A stretch of 59,631 nt of DNA from the NCBI GenBank assembly GCA_004524725.1, contig SDNW01000003.1:1-59631 (forward strand), in the 5' to 3' direction. How positions within the stretch are numbered: the stretch's first letter is position 1; each line of letters begins with the position of its first letter. Shown piece by piece: positions 35,944 through 45,357 of the stretch. Source of the stretch: Promethearchaeota archaeon. Its GTDB lineage: Archaea; Asgardarchaeota; Lokiarchaeia; Sigyniarchaeales; SOKP01. Both the position numbers and the translations under genes were made by a program. Under the pieces are notes generated by a model that worked only from the letters and a program-made list of their open reading frames with translations, ran no database searches and was not told where the DNA came from.

Positions 35944-38625
35944 GTGAGTATCCCATCGAAAAAATATTTTATCGTGCTGGATAGGAAATTGACGACAGGA
36001 GAAGATGATCATTTTAATGTCAATTTCTTTTATCTCAAATCTATAAAGAAAAGTTTATCCAAATTTTCATATGTAAGCCAGCCATTTTTTCAAGGATACG
36101 TAGTAATTGGTTTAGACATGAAAAATAAATTACGTCCCTTAACATTTTATAAAATCAATAAGGATGGGACTCAAAATCCAATTAATCCCCGGTTATTTAA
36201 GAAATATTTGTTAGCAGACAATAATATGTTTATTGGATTTTCGAGTCAAGCAAATGAAGGAGAGTTCGAATCTATAACGAAAATGTTGTACAATTTTCAA
36301 TTTAATCCAGAGAGAATTCAATATCTCACCTTTTGTAGCAGTTGTTTAGAGAAGGGAAATTTTAATATCCTCCCAAAAGGGTTCCAAATACATACCATTA
36401 ACAATAAAATTATTTGTCCAAATTGCGCTTTAGAAATAGTGATAAAACAAGCGGAAGTACGTGGTTTAATTCCAAAAAAAGGAATGAATCCAAAACTCAA
36501 AAACTTTTTTAACCATTTGATTTTGAAATTCAAGGATGTCAATAAAATTATTAGTACATTTAAAACTGATTTTAACCCGATTAAAAATAATGAGATAACA
36601 CTCTATGATGTCGAGGAAAACCCTAAAATTCCTAAAAATCTACTTAATGCGAGAGTAAATGATTTAGAGATTCCAGATCAATTTAAAAAAATACTTTTAG
36701 GTCAAAACATAAAGACCCTATTGCCGATCCAAGCAATATCTCTCGATGCAGAATTATTGAAAAAGAGGACTAATCAACTAATTATGGCTCCAACTTCTGC
36801 TGGTAAAACCTTAGTCGGGGAACTAGCGGGAGTAAATCAAATTATCTCAAAAAAGGAGAAAATGATTTATTTGGTTCCAATTGTCGCCCTGGCAAATGTG
36901 AGAACGGAAGAATTTAAAAAAAAGTATGACCCATTAAAATTGAAAATTGTCAAAAAGATAGGGGAATCATTGTTAGAAACTAGTGAAGAAAATAATGTTG
37001 ATGAACTTATTGACGCTGATATAATTATTGCAACTTACGAGGCTATTGATTATATCTTAAGGAGTGGCCAAAAAGAAAAATTGGGAAAGATCGGAACAAT
37101 TATTATTGATGAAATCCAAACTTTAATCGATCCCGATCGCGGATATATTCTTGATGCACTCATATCTCGTCTCAAATGTTTATATGAAGGTGCTCAATTT
37201 CTTTACTTGAGCGCTACAATTGGCGCTCCCGATATATTGGCAAAAAGACTTGGTTCTCGCTTAATCAACTATAAGAATCGCCCAGTTCCTATTGAACGAC
37301 ATTTAATAATGTGTATTAATGAAGCAATGAAATATAGATTAATAACAAGATTAGTAAAATATGCTTTCAATCTGAAGTCTGAATACGGATTTAAGGGTCA
37401 ATCAATTATCTTTACAAATACAAGAAAAAAGTGTGAATATTTAGCAAACTATTTGACCAAAAGAGGTATTAAAACAGAACCATATCATTCGGGCTTAACT
37501 AACGATGAAAGGAAATATATCGAGAGTAGGTTTCAGGAACAGAAAATTGCTGCTGTTGTGGCTACAGCAGCACTCGCGGCAGGCGTTGATTTTGCAGCAA
37601 AACAAGTAATATTTGAATCCTTAGGAATGGGAATAAAAACTCTGACTGTTGCTGAATTTGAACAGATGTTAGGGCGAGCAGGACGATTAAAAAAGCATTC
37701 ACTTGGATATGCGTATTTACTTGTAGAACCTGGTAAAATTTATAACCCTAAGATGAAAACTACTGAAGATAATATCGCAATTAATCTTTTAAATGGCAAA
37801 ATTAAAGACTTTGAATTAGACCCAGATGAAGATAAATCATTAACCGAATTATTAGCCTTAATTTCTACTTTCTCTGAATGCATACCTCTGAATGAGATAG
37901 CTAAATTCCAAGATTATTTGATCAATGGTAATTATGAACTAAATAAATTCTTAACTAAATTGCTTACATTAAGTTTGATTAAGATAGAAAATCAAGCGCA
38001 TTATTGCACAACTAACTTAGGGAGAGCGATTGCCAAGTCTTTTATTACTATAGCAAAAAGCTTTGAGATAATTGAGAAATTAGAACAGAAAGAAGTTCCG
38101 TTATTAAATATTATTTTAGAACTTAAACCTCTTAAGAATGTATATTTATCTAAAAGTGTTGTCGCGGATTTATCAAAAAATATGAATATGAAATATTTTA
38201 GCAATAATTTCTTCAGCGCAAGTGTAATTTCTCTAATGAATGCAGATTATGTGCGAAAACGGAAAAAATTTTCTCAGGAATTCATTGATTACGTATCAAA
38301 ATGGACAACGGATATCTTCAATTGTACCTGCAAAGATAGTCCTTACTGTGATTGTGGGAGGATAAATCTGGAAAAAATATTGCTGAATCTAAGAATCGAA
38401 GAAAAATTAAGTGTTGAGGAAATCCGTGAATATTTTGAAGAGGAATATAAAATCATGATCTTCAAGGGGGATATTATTGATTATTTAGAAAATTTAATTT
38501 ATACCTTTGAAAGTGTTTCTCATATTGCTAAGACGATTACAAATCTTGATACTGAATACAAAAATGAGCTGGAAGAAATCCCAAATATTATCCTTGCTAT
38601 AAGAAATATTGATATTATGCTTTAA
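35944..38625 (+). CDS. Superfamily-2 Ski2/Hel308-like helicase with an N-terminal zinc-ribbon extension
   Basis: Motif I APTSAGKT, II IIDEIQ, III SAT (LSATIG), V ATAALAAGVDF and VI QMLGRAGR. An N-terminal CSSC...CPNC ribbon and a C-terminal CTCKDSPYCDCG cluster are also present. GTG start. Confidence 0.8.
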   Translation: MSIPSKKYFIVLDRKLTTGEDDHFNVNFFYLKSIKKSLSKFSYVSQPFFQGYVVIGLDMKNKLRPLTFYKINKDGTQNPINPRLFKKYLLADNNMFIGFSSQANEGEFESITKMLYNFQFNPERIQYLTFCSSCLEKGNFNILPKGFQIHTINNKIICPNCALEIVIKQAEVRGLIPKKGMNPKLKNFFNHLILKFKDVNKIISTFKTDFNPIKNNEITLYDVEENPKIPKNLLNARVNDLEIPDQFKKILLGQNIKTLLPIQAISLDAELLKKRTNQLIMAPTSAGKTLVGELAGVNQIISKKEKMIYLVPIVALANVRTEEFKKKYDPLKLKIVKKIGESLLETSEENNVDELIDADIIIATYEAIDYILRSGQKEKLGKIGTIIIDEIQTLIDPDRGYILDALISRLKCLYEGAQFLYLSATIGAPDILAKRLGSRLINYKNRPVPIERHLIMCINEAMKYRLITRLVKYAFNLKSEYGFKGQSIIFTNTRKKCEYLANYLTKRGIKTEPYHSGLTNDERKYIESRFQEQKIAAVVATAALAAGVDFAAKQVIFESLGMGIKTLTVAEFEQMLGRAGRLKKHSLGYAYLLVEPGKIYNPKMKTTEDNIAINLLNGKIKDFELDPDEDKSLTELLALISTFSECIPLNEIAKFQDYLINGNYELNKFLTKLLTLSLIKIENQAHYCTTNLGRAIAKSFITIAKSFEIIEKLEQKEVPLLNIILELKPLKNVYLSKSVVADLSKNMNMKYFSNNFFSASVISLMNADYVRKRKKFSQEFIDYVSKWTTDIFNCTCKDSPYCDCGRINLEKILLNLRIEEKLSVEEIREYFEEEYKIMIFKGDIIDYLENLIYTFESVSHIAKTITNLDTEYKNELEEIPNIILAIRNIDIML

Positions 38626-38637
38626 CCTCATATGGAG

Positions 38638-39831
38638 TTAAATTATGTGTATTTCTATAATATCATTATCTTTTAAACCGTAATCTAAGCCCACTCGTTT
38701 TCTCTTTTGCTTTACTCCCTTTCGGATAACAATCGCATAATCAAATAAGTCATAAAAACTACGATGAATTTTTAAAGCAACATCTTTGACTAGGACTCCT
38801 TTGTCCATAATTAAAGGTTTGTCTGCTACTTCCCCGGCGTGCATGGTATAAATTCTTATCTTTTCTAGTAGTGCCAAAATAATTTCGCCAAAATCGTCTG
38901 GGAATTCCTTTTTCTTAGTACTTGTGCCAATGATAACCTTAAATCTATTTGAATATTCCTCTTTTAAACTCTCAAAATGATCTTCAGTAGCGGGAAGATC
39001 ACCTTTAGTGCCTAAAATTATTGCTTTTTTATATACCACTGATGGATCTAAAGCATCTACCACATCACTAATACTTACTTTACCATAAAGCTTTACCACC
39101 GCGTTTCGAATACCGTTCTCGAAAACAACCTTCTTTATATTTTCTGTCAACTCATCAATATTTGGTATTTTCTTCGCTTCTCGAGTCAAGTAAAAGACTT
39201 GGATTTTATTAGCTCCTGTTTTATCGATTGTTATGGGAGGGGGTTCAATGTTGAGCCTTATACTTGCTCGTGTTAATTCCGTTAAAATCAAACTCATCTG
39301 TTTGTTGTAATCACGAGAAAGATCAACACAAATACAAATTAAATCACAGGATCGTAATTGAGAGAGAATTTCTTTTCCATTACCCACTCCAGTGGATGCA
39401 TCCTCCATTAATGATGGCATATCCACGATCTGAAATCGAATTTTATCGTACTCATAAATTCCAATCTCCGGAATAGCAGTAAATTTACCAATTTTATCTT
39501 TAGCAGCATGAGTAAGATAATTGAGGAGTGACGTTTTTCCTACTCCGGGAACGTAATAATCACTAATTAAGATGAGCTGGGTACCCTCTTTCTTTATTGA
39601 AAAGGGACTTACAATCTTTGAAGTGGTGCGTGATCGTATTCTCCTCTCTTCTTGTTCTTTTCTAAGTTTGGCTAAACGAGATTTATTTAAAGCGACGATA
39701 TTTTCAGTAGCCTTGTGCTTTGGAATTAAAGAAAGAAATTCCTCTAGGCGTTTAATCTTCTCATCAATACTTCCCGCATCTAAATATTTCTGGTATGCCG
39801 CTTGAGCTTCAGGGCCAATATTACTTGACAA
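38638..39831 (-). CDS. DRG-family (Obg-like) GTPase with a C-terminal TGS domain
   Basis: An N-terminal helical segment with KHKATE...LAKLRKE, as in DRG. G1 is PGVGKTS, G4 is TKGD, and the TGS-like C-terminus reads GLKDNDIIEIH. G3 reads DMPS rather than DxPG. TTG start. Confidence 0.75.
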   Translation of the reverse strand: MSSNIGPEAQAAYQKYLDAGSIDEKIKRLEEFLSLIPKHKATENIVALNKSRLAKLRKEQEERRIRSRTTSKIVSPFSIKKEGTQLILISDYYVPGVGKTSLLNYLTHAAKDKIGKFTAIPEIGIYEYDKIRFQIVDMPSLMEDASTGVGNGKEILSQLRSCDLICICVDLSRDYNKQMSLILTELTRASIRLNIEPPPITIDKTGANKIQVFYLTREAKKIPNIDELTENIKKVVFENGIRNAVVKLYGKVSISDVVDALDPSVVYKKAIILGTKGDLPATEDHFESLKEEYSNRFKVIIGTSTKKKEFPDDFGEIILALLEKIRIYTMHAGEVADKPLIMDKGVLVKDVALKIHRSFYDLFDYAIVIRKGVKQKRKRVGLDYGLKDNDIIEIHII

Positions 39832-39853
39832 AAGTATCTACCTTTCCAATCTC

Positions 39854-40312
39854 TTATAATATGGATCGAAATCGATCCTCTGTTTTTAATTTTAAATCTC
39901 CAATGATTTGATCTATTCGAGTTTCAAAGCCCTTAAAAAATTTAGATTTTTTTGAAAAAATATCGTTAAGTGAATATCTGTTAAGAAAATGGTTATTTAT
40001 TTCCCTCAAATGCTTCTTGACGATTTCAGCATCAGTTTCTTTTTCAATAATGGCATAGGAGAGTAAGGGTTGTTTATTTGAAATTTCTTCCGAAGGTATT
40101 GAAATGATGTCACAATAACAAACAAGTTTAAATGACGCGAGAGAAACTACATTAATATTATCTCCAAAAACTTCTGAGGTAAAACTCTCAAGAGCAGATA
40201 GAAATCCCGCCCTGAGTTCGGGATCTAGCCCTACTCTTGTATCAGATTGATAATATTTTTGGTTTATTAGATTTCTAGTACCTAAGGTTATTCCCAGTTC
40301 AAGTATTGCCAT
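39854..40312 (-). CDS. Small alpha/beta protein, possibly longin/roadblock-like
   Basis: 152 aa whose residue pattern suggests a beta-beta-alpha-beta-beta-beta-alpha-alpha order (ELRAGFLSALESFTSEVFG helix, then VVSLASFKLVCYCD strands). This is an assignment by pattern only. It lies 22 nt upstream of, and co-oriented with, the DRG gene. Confidence 0.35.
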   Translation of the reverse strand: MAILELGITLGTRNLINQKYYQSDTRVGLDPELRAGFLSALESFTSEVFGDNINVVSLASFKLVCYCDIISIPSEEISNKQPLLSYAIIEKETDAEIVKKHLREINNHFLNRYSLNDIFSKKSKFFKGFETRIDQIIGDLKLKTEDRFRSIL

Positions 40313-40428
40313 TTGTTAATCGTTAAGTTAGTAAATTTTGAGATTAGTTTTATCGTATTTAATATTTATTTCGTGATAGTTCATATTAAAATTTAGCTTA
40401 TTTCTTTCATTCGAGGATCGAATATGAA

Positions 40429-41295
40429 TTAGCTTAAATTCACTTGTTTCTTAAATACGTGAAAAGTGTTATGACATAAAAATGACACTGTCAAAGGACC
40501 AACTCCACCCGGAGAAGGTGTTACTTTAGAGCATTTTTCCAATACTCTGTCAAAATCGACATCGCCACACAATTTTCCATCAACTCTATTGGTACCAACA
40601 TCAACAATAATCGCTCCTTTTTTTATTTTATCCTTTGTTATAAATTTTGGTCTTCCCACAGCTACAACTAATATATCTGCACGTTTAATATGGTTTTCAA
40701 TGTTCACGGTAGAAGTATGACATACGGTTATGGTGGAATTTCTTTTTAAGAACATAAAGATTAAGGGTTTGCCAACGAGATTGGAGCGGTTGATTATTAT
40801 TACTTCTTTTCCTTTAAAATTAATATTGTAATGTTCTAGTAACGCAATAATACCTTTTGGAGTGGCTGGAGCAAATTCTTCATCATAATTGAATAATTTA
40901 CCTTGGTTATAAGGGTGTAACCCGTCAACATCTTTTAGGGGAGAAATATGCTCAACGAATTCCAATGAATATTCTTGAAGATGTTTTGGAAGTGGTAGTT
41001 GAAGGATGACTCCGTTCACTTTGTCGTCATTATTCACTTTATCTATTTCTTTAAATAATTGATCTTTAGTGATATTTTGGTCTAAGTTAATAAGTGTAAA
41101 ATCGATTCCAATATCCTCACATGTTTTCTGTTTGATATTAACATATGTCATTGAGGCGGGATTCTGTCCCACAAGCAAAGCTGCTAATCTTGGCCTTTTA
41201 CCCATCTTTTTATATGCATCGGTAATTTTTTCCTTTAGCTTCAAATTAAGGTGATCTGCGAATCTCTTTCCGTTTAGTAGTTTTTCCTCAGACAT
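40429..41295 (-). CDS. folD: Bifunctional methylenetetrahydrofolate dehydrogenase/cyclohydrolase
   Basis: PRLAALLVGQNPASMTYVNIKQK, VDGLHPYNQGKL, NRSNLVGKP and PGGVGPLTV are canonical FolD motifs. Confidence 0.9.
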   Translation of the reverse strand: MSEEKLLNGKRFADHLNLKLKEKITDAYKKMGKRPRLAALLVGQNPASMTYVNIKQKTCEDIGIDFTLINLDQNITKDQLFKEIDKVNNDDKVNGVILQLPLPKHLQEYSLEFVEHISPLKDVDGLHPYNQGKLFNYDEEFAPATPKGIIALLEHYNINFKGKEVIIINRSNLVGKPLIFMFLKRNSTITVCHTSTVNIENHIKRADILVVAVGRPKFITKDKIKKGAIIVDVGTNRVDGKLCGDVDFDRVLEKCSKVTPSPGGVGPLTVSFLCHNTFHVFKKQVNLS

Positions 41296-41388
41296 CTTTT
41301 TATAATAGAATATTTGATACTAATTGAAGTAATTTTGCCTTAAAATTAAAGGTCTATTATTAGAGATTTATTAAATTTTAAAAAAAGA

Positions 41389-42501
41389 TTAGATCTTTCT
41401 TTTACGCCATATAAAATAAATTAAGCCAATAACAGTGGCAATTACAACTAGTAGGATTATTAATATGATAAAATTAAACTCTACCATAAAAATATCTTCG
41501 TTTAATAACTCTTCACTATCGAAATTCAAAAAGAGGATAAATGCGTAATAGGATGCTGGAATAGAAGATGCCCCCTGCACCGTTCCACCATAAAGATTGC
41601 TAAAACCTCCATCTTCAAAATTTTGGCGGTTAAGAATCCAATTTAAGGTTGCCGCTTTACTCAGTTGCGTGTTATCAAGTAAACTGATTGCATTTATACA
41701 GTAGAAAGTACTACTAAACAATGTGGTTTGGGAGAGAAGATCAGGTAAATATCCTCCGTAGTTATACAGATTATTACTGTCACTCACATAAAATGACTTG
41801 AAGTAATTTAGCGTTGCTGTTCTATTGACAAGTTCATTTAAATTACCGATCTGGTCAATCAAGTATACTGCTAAATAGCTTGTAAATTGGGACGAATTTA
41901 AAGTACTATTACCCCCATATCCTCCATCAGAGTTATTACAAGATAAGATCCAACTCTTAATTAATGTATGATTGAGTTCTTCATTTAAGTAAGTTCTAAT
42001 TTCATAAGCAAAATATGTTGAGGTCATATCTGCTGTTGATGTAGAATTATCAGAGGAAAACCCACCTTCAGCCTGCTCTGTTTGATTTACATAGGTAGAA
42101 ATCTGCATTTTTAATGTTGAATTCAATGTAGCATCTAAAATCTCTAGTGATTTAATAAGATAATATAACTCGAATAATTTGATATCTCCACTACTAAACT
42201 TAACATCTAAAGCAGATTCTAAATTATCTTGAAAGTCTGAGATATCGATCTTAATTTCAGCTCCAAATAAACCGGGGATTTGATAAAGGTTATAATAATC
42301 AATAATTTCCAATGAATAAGCGGTATCTTGATAGGAAGATCCAAATCGTTCATTTCCAACTTGTTTTGAGAAAATGAATTCGGTTAAATATGATTGCCTT
42401 GTTTTTGCTAACGCCATTGGAGTTAATAAGACGAATAAGAGTATTATCGTCGATAGGAGCGCGATATTTCGAGTTTTTAATTTCAATCTAAAAAACCTCA
42501 A
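41389..42501 (-). CDS. Secreted, C-terminally anchored protein with prenyltransferase/terpene-cyclase-like alpha-alpha toroid repeats
   Basis: An N-terminal signal-like helix. Repeated xGGF/Y motifs (AEGGFSS, SDGGYGG, EDGGFSN). Eight N-x-S/T sequons. A C-terminal TM helix followed by RKRKI. TTG start. Confidence 0.55.
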   Translation of the reverse strand: MRFFRLKLKTRNIALLSTIILLFVLLTPMALAKTRQSYLTEFIFSKQVGNERFGSSYQDTAYSLEIIDYYNLYQIPGLFGAEIKIDISDFQDNLESALDVKFSSGDIKLFELYYLIKSLEILDATLNSTLKMQISTYVNQTEQAEGGFSSDNSTSTADMTSTYFAYEIRTYLNEELNHTLIKSWILSCNNSDGGYGGNSTLNSSQFTSYLAVYLIDQIGNLNELVNRTATLNYFKSFYVSDSNNLYNYGGYLPDLLSQTTLFSSTFYCINAISLLDNTQLSKAATLNWILNRQNFEDGGFSNLYGGTVQGASSIPASYYAFILFLNFDSEELLNEDIFMVEFNFIILIILLVVIATVIGLIYFIWRKRKI

Positions 42502-42638
42502 GCGAGTTTTAAATAAGTTTTAAGTTTTTAAAATATAACTTGTAATTAAAAATTAACGATAAGTAAAGAGATTAGTTGAAATTTCGCATTTAAAGGTCCC
42601 CATACATGATTCCCTTTTATAAAAAAATTATTGAATGG

Positions 42639-44165
42639 TTAGAAGATTTCACTAATATCTTTATATAGAACGTCACTATTTTCCATAAACTGTTCATGCG
42701 TAACAAAAAGATTTTGAAAACTAGGAAGACTTCCTAATATTGCGGCTCCATTAAAAATTGCATAATGAAGATTATCTGGTACATAAAATCTTATAACTTC
42801 ATCAGTTGATTTATAGTATCCTGAGAATTCTCGAGCGGGTTTTGTTTTTTTAATCACTTCACTTGGAAGTTCCTCAAAACTTGGAGGTTCTAAAGTTTTT
42901 CCACAGTAGGGACAAAAAATTGAGGATTCATCTTCAATTTGTTTATTACAATGAGGACAAAATAACTTTCCATTTACTTTTTTAACTTTCTTAGGAGTAG
43001 CTTTAGGCTGAGTTGGTAATTCAGGTAAGACGACTCTTCCACCACAAGAAGGACAAAATTCTTTCCCGTCAGTAAGATCCACTAAAACACCACAATGGGG
43101 ACAAGTATCTTGTTTTTTTTTCGCAACTTCTCTGGCTTGCATTTTTAATTTATGATTCTCCATTAAGGGCTTCTCTTTCGGTTTTGGTATCTTCCCCAGT
43201 TGGGGTAATATTTTGTTTAATTCTGCACGTAATCGCTCTTCAAAACCGGAATAGGATACATTACCTCCCGAGATTACTATATGCGATAAGAGATCACTCC
43301 AATAATGCTCATCAATGCCTTGAAGGGAAGCGATAATAGCTTCAGGGATATTATTCATAGTATAACCGATGAGTTGGGGTTTAAATAACACTTCGGGTGC
43401 TTCATGAAAAATGTAATTAGGGATTTTAATATTTGAACCGTCTGGCATGGCAAAACTGAAAGAATCTTTCACTTTGGGAGGATTGTCGGGATCAAGTGCA
43501 AAGTAACAATTTTTTTCTTTAATATCCTTAATTATCTCATCTACAGCGGAGGATTCTATATTAATTCCTTCCCGCATTAGCAAATTTTTCAAGTATTGAT
43601 TAACATCAGTTCCGGCTAATGGTAATTTCTGCACCGCTTGATCAACGATCTCCCCGTTAATAATAGGGCATATCCAAGTTATACCATCTCCACTTTCAAT
43701 GACTAGCCCTGTAGTTAATCCAACACTGAAGATAGAAAGAATTGGAGTAGGGATCATTATTAAGCTTTTAACTCTATGAGTTTCAAAAAAAACACGGGCA
43801 ATATATTCTTTTGTCTCTTTTTGAACAAATGGTTGCTCTGTATATAATACAGGATACTCAGAAAGATTAGGAATTCGTAAGAGGGAATAGAAACAATAAT
43901 TTAGGATTTCATAATAATCATCCCAATCCATTATTGCCCCACGATCAATGGGATATTTAATTTTGAGTACGCCTCGCATTTTTGCGGCATCTGAACCAAT
44001 ATATGTATTACGTGCACTTACATCAACCATTACCGATTTATATTTTTCTTTTCCCGTCATGGTTGGAAATACAAAACGAGGACTTGGTTCACCAGCAAAT
44101 CCAATTTTAGTATATGCTGATCCTATGTCTAAAATCACCGGAGTACCGGGAAGCGGGATTGCCAT
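42639..44165 (-). CDS. Actin-family ATPase (actin/ARP-like) with an internal double zinc-ribbon insertion
   Basis: LDIGSAYTKIGFAGEPSPRFVFPT (actin [23 protein letters not shown]), MDWDDYYEI, VIESGDGITW (phosphate-2), IKDIKEKNCYFALD, VISGGNVSYSGF (adenosine motif) and a C-terminal FNGAAILGSL. Confidence 0.85.
   Translation of the reverse strand: MAIPLPGTPVILDIGSAYTKIGFAGEPSPRFVFPTMTGKEKYKSVMVDVSARNTYIGSDAAKMRGVLKIKYPIDRGAIMDWDDYYEILNYCFYSLLRIPNLSEYPVLYTEQPFVQKETKEYIARVFFETHRVKSLIMIPTPILSIFSVGLTTGLVIESGDGITWICPIINGEIVDQAVQKLPLAGTDVNQYLKNLLMREGINIESSAVDEIIKDIKEKNCYFALDPDNPPKVKDSFSFAMPDGSNIKIPNYIFHEAPEVLFKPQLIGYTMNNIPEAIIASLQGIDEHYWSDLLSHIVISGGNVSYSGFEERLRAELNKILPQLGKIPKPKEKPLMENHKLKMQAREVAKKKQDTCPHCGVLVDLTDGKEFCPSCGGRVVLPELPTQPKATPKKVKKVNGKLFCPHCNKQIEDESSIFCPYCGKTLEPPSFEELPSEVIKKTKPAREFSGYYKSTDEVIRFYVPDNLHYAIFNGAAILGSLPSFQNLFVTHEQFMENSDVLYKDISEIF
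42801..43193 (-). other. Roughly 130-aa insertion within the actin fold encoding two CPxC...CPxC zinc ribbons and a K/P-rich linker
   Basis: Residues ~325-455 read ...DTCPHCGVLVDLTDGKEFCPSCGG...PKKVKKVNGKLFCPHCNKQIEDESSIFCPYCGK.... They sit between the segments that align to actin ...EITALAP and [24 protein letters not shown]. Confidence 0.75.
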
Positions 44166-44230
44166 GGTTGGTCAATTTTTTATTTTTTTAATGTTTAAGA
44201 CTATATTTTCTTCTATATAATTATCAAAAT

Positions 44231-44665
44231 TTAAGTGTTAGTATCCTTTAAAAACTTAAATAATCGTTCTAAAATCGATTGTTTTGTGATTAAGCCAATT
44301 AGTTCGTTATTAGGATTAATTACGGGTAATCTTTCAATACGTTTTGTTATCATTTTTTCTAAAGCATCTCCAAAAGTATCCTCTTGTTTAAGTGTTATGG
44401 GTTCGGGAGTCATTAGATCTTTAACCTGGGTATTTGGAGAATCAAGATTTGTTGCAAATCGGGCTAAACGAATGTCTCTTTGAGTGATTATGCCTATTAT
44501 TTTCTTATTTTTGTTATTCATTACGACAGGTAATCCACCAACATTTTTCCTTAACATAAGCCTTTCAGTTGCGCTTATTTTTTCATCGGGAACAGTAAAG
44601 TAAGGATCACGAATCATAAATTCTGAAACCTTAATTCTATTCAGTGATCGATGATTTTCTCCCAT
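44231..44665 (-). CDS. CBS-pair domain protein
   Basis: Two CBS repeats (GGLPVV...GIITQRDI and ERLPVI...GLITKQSI) in 144 aa. Confidence 0.8.
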   Translation of the reverse strand: MGENHRSLNRIKVSEFMIRDPYFTVPDEKISATERLMLRKNVGGLPVVMNNKNKKIIGIITQRDIRLARFATNLDSPNTQVKDLMTPEPITLKQEDTFGDALEKMITKRIERLPVINPNNELIGLITKQSILERLFKFLKDTNT

Positions 44666-44755
44666 TTATCTTGAACTCTTACTGTGATACTATATAAGTA
44701 AGTAAAATACTCGGTCTTAGAATAAATAATATCTCTTTTATTTAAAAGATATTTA

Positions 44756-45166
44756 TTACTTTATTTGAAGTGATTTTTTTAAATTAGTCTCAATGGCTTC
44801 CAATTCTGAACGTAAGCTATTGAAAGTAGAAAGTAGAAAATTACCCCATTCATTCAGTTTTATCCAACCACCTCCACCTGGTCCTCCTCTTGCGGTTTCT
44901 ACTGGTGAGATACCCGTTCTTTTCTCTATTCTTCTTAATATGTTCCAAGCATACTTATACGAGTATCCACAATCTTTTGCTGCTTGAGTTAGAGACTTTA
45001 AATTATTAGCGTTACTTGATTTTATACTTTGTAGTAAATTTGCCCATCCCGATCCTAAAATATTTGCAGATTCACCATCGTGAAATTCCAACCATATTTT
45101 AATCCCAAATCCCACTTTGGATTTGAACTTTTCTAGATCGACATCCTCAACAGATTTTCTCTTCAT
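44756..45166 (-). CDS. ModE-N-terminal-like winged-helix regulator
   Basis: SLTQAAKDCGYSYKYAWNILRRIEKRTGISPVETARGGPGGGG matches the ModE/LysR-type HTH pattern (S..AA..lgiSYr.AW..i...e...g..lv...rGG..GGG). Confidence 0.65.
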   Translation of the reverse strand: MKRKSVEDVDLEKFKSKVGFGIKIWLEFHDGESANILGSGWANLLQSIKSSNANNLKSLTQAAKDCGYSYKYAWNILRRIEKRTGISPVETARGGPGGGGWIKLNEWGNFLLSTFNSLRSELEAIETNLKKSLQIK

Positions 45167-45357
45167 ATATGAATGTATGTTAGAAGAATAAATATAATTT
45201 TTTAATAATTCTGAACAATAAAAGATTAAAAGAAAGCTATTTTTATTCTAACAACAAGGAATTAGAGGTTTTATCAATATTTTACCCAAATTTAAGCGGA
45301 TCTCGTAAAGTAGGAAAAGAAGTTACTGATAATTTATTCTATTTTGACGAAAATCAG

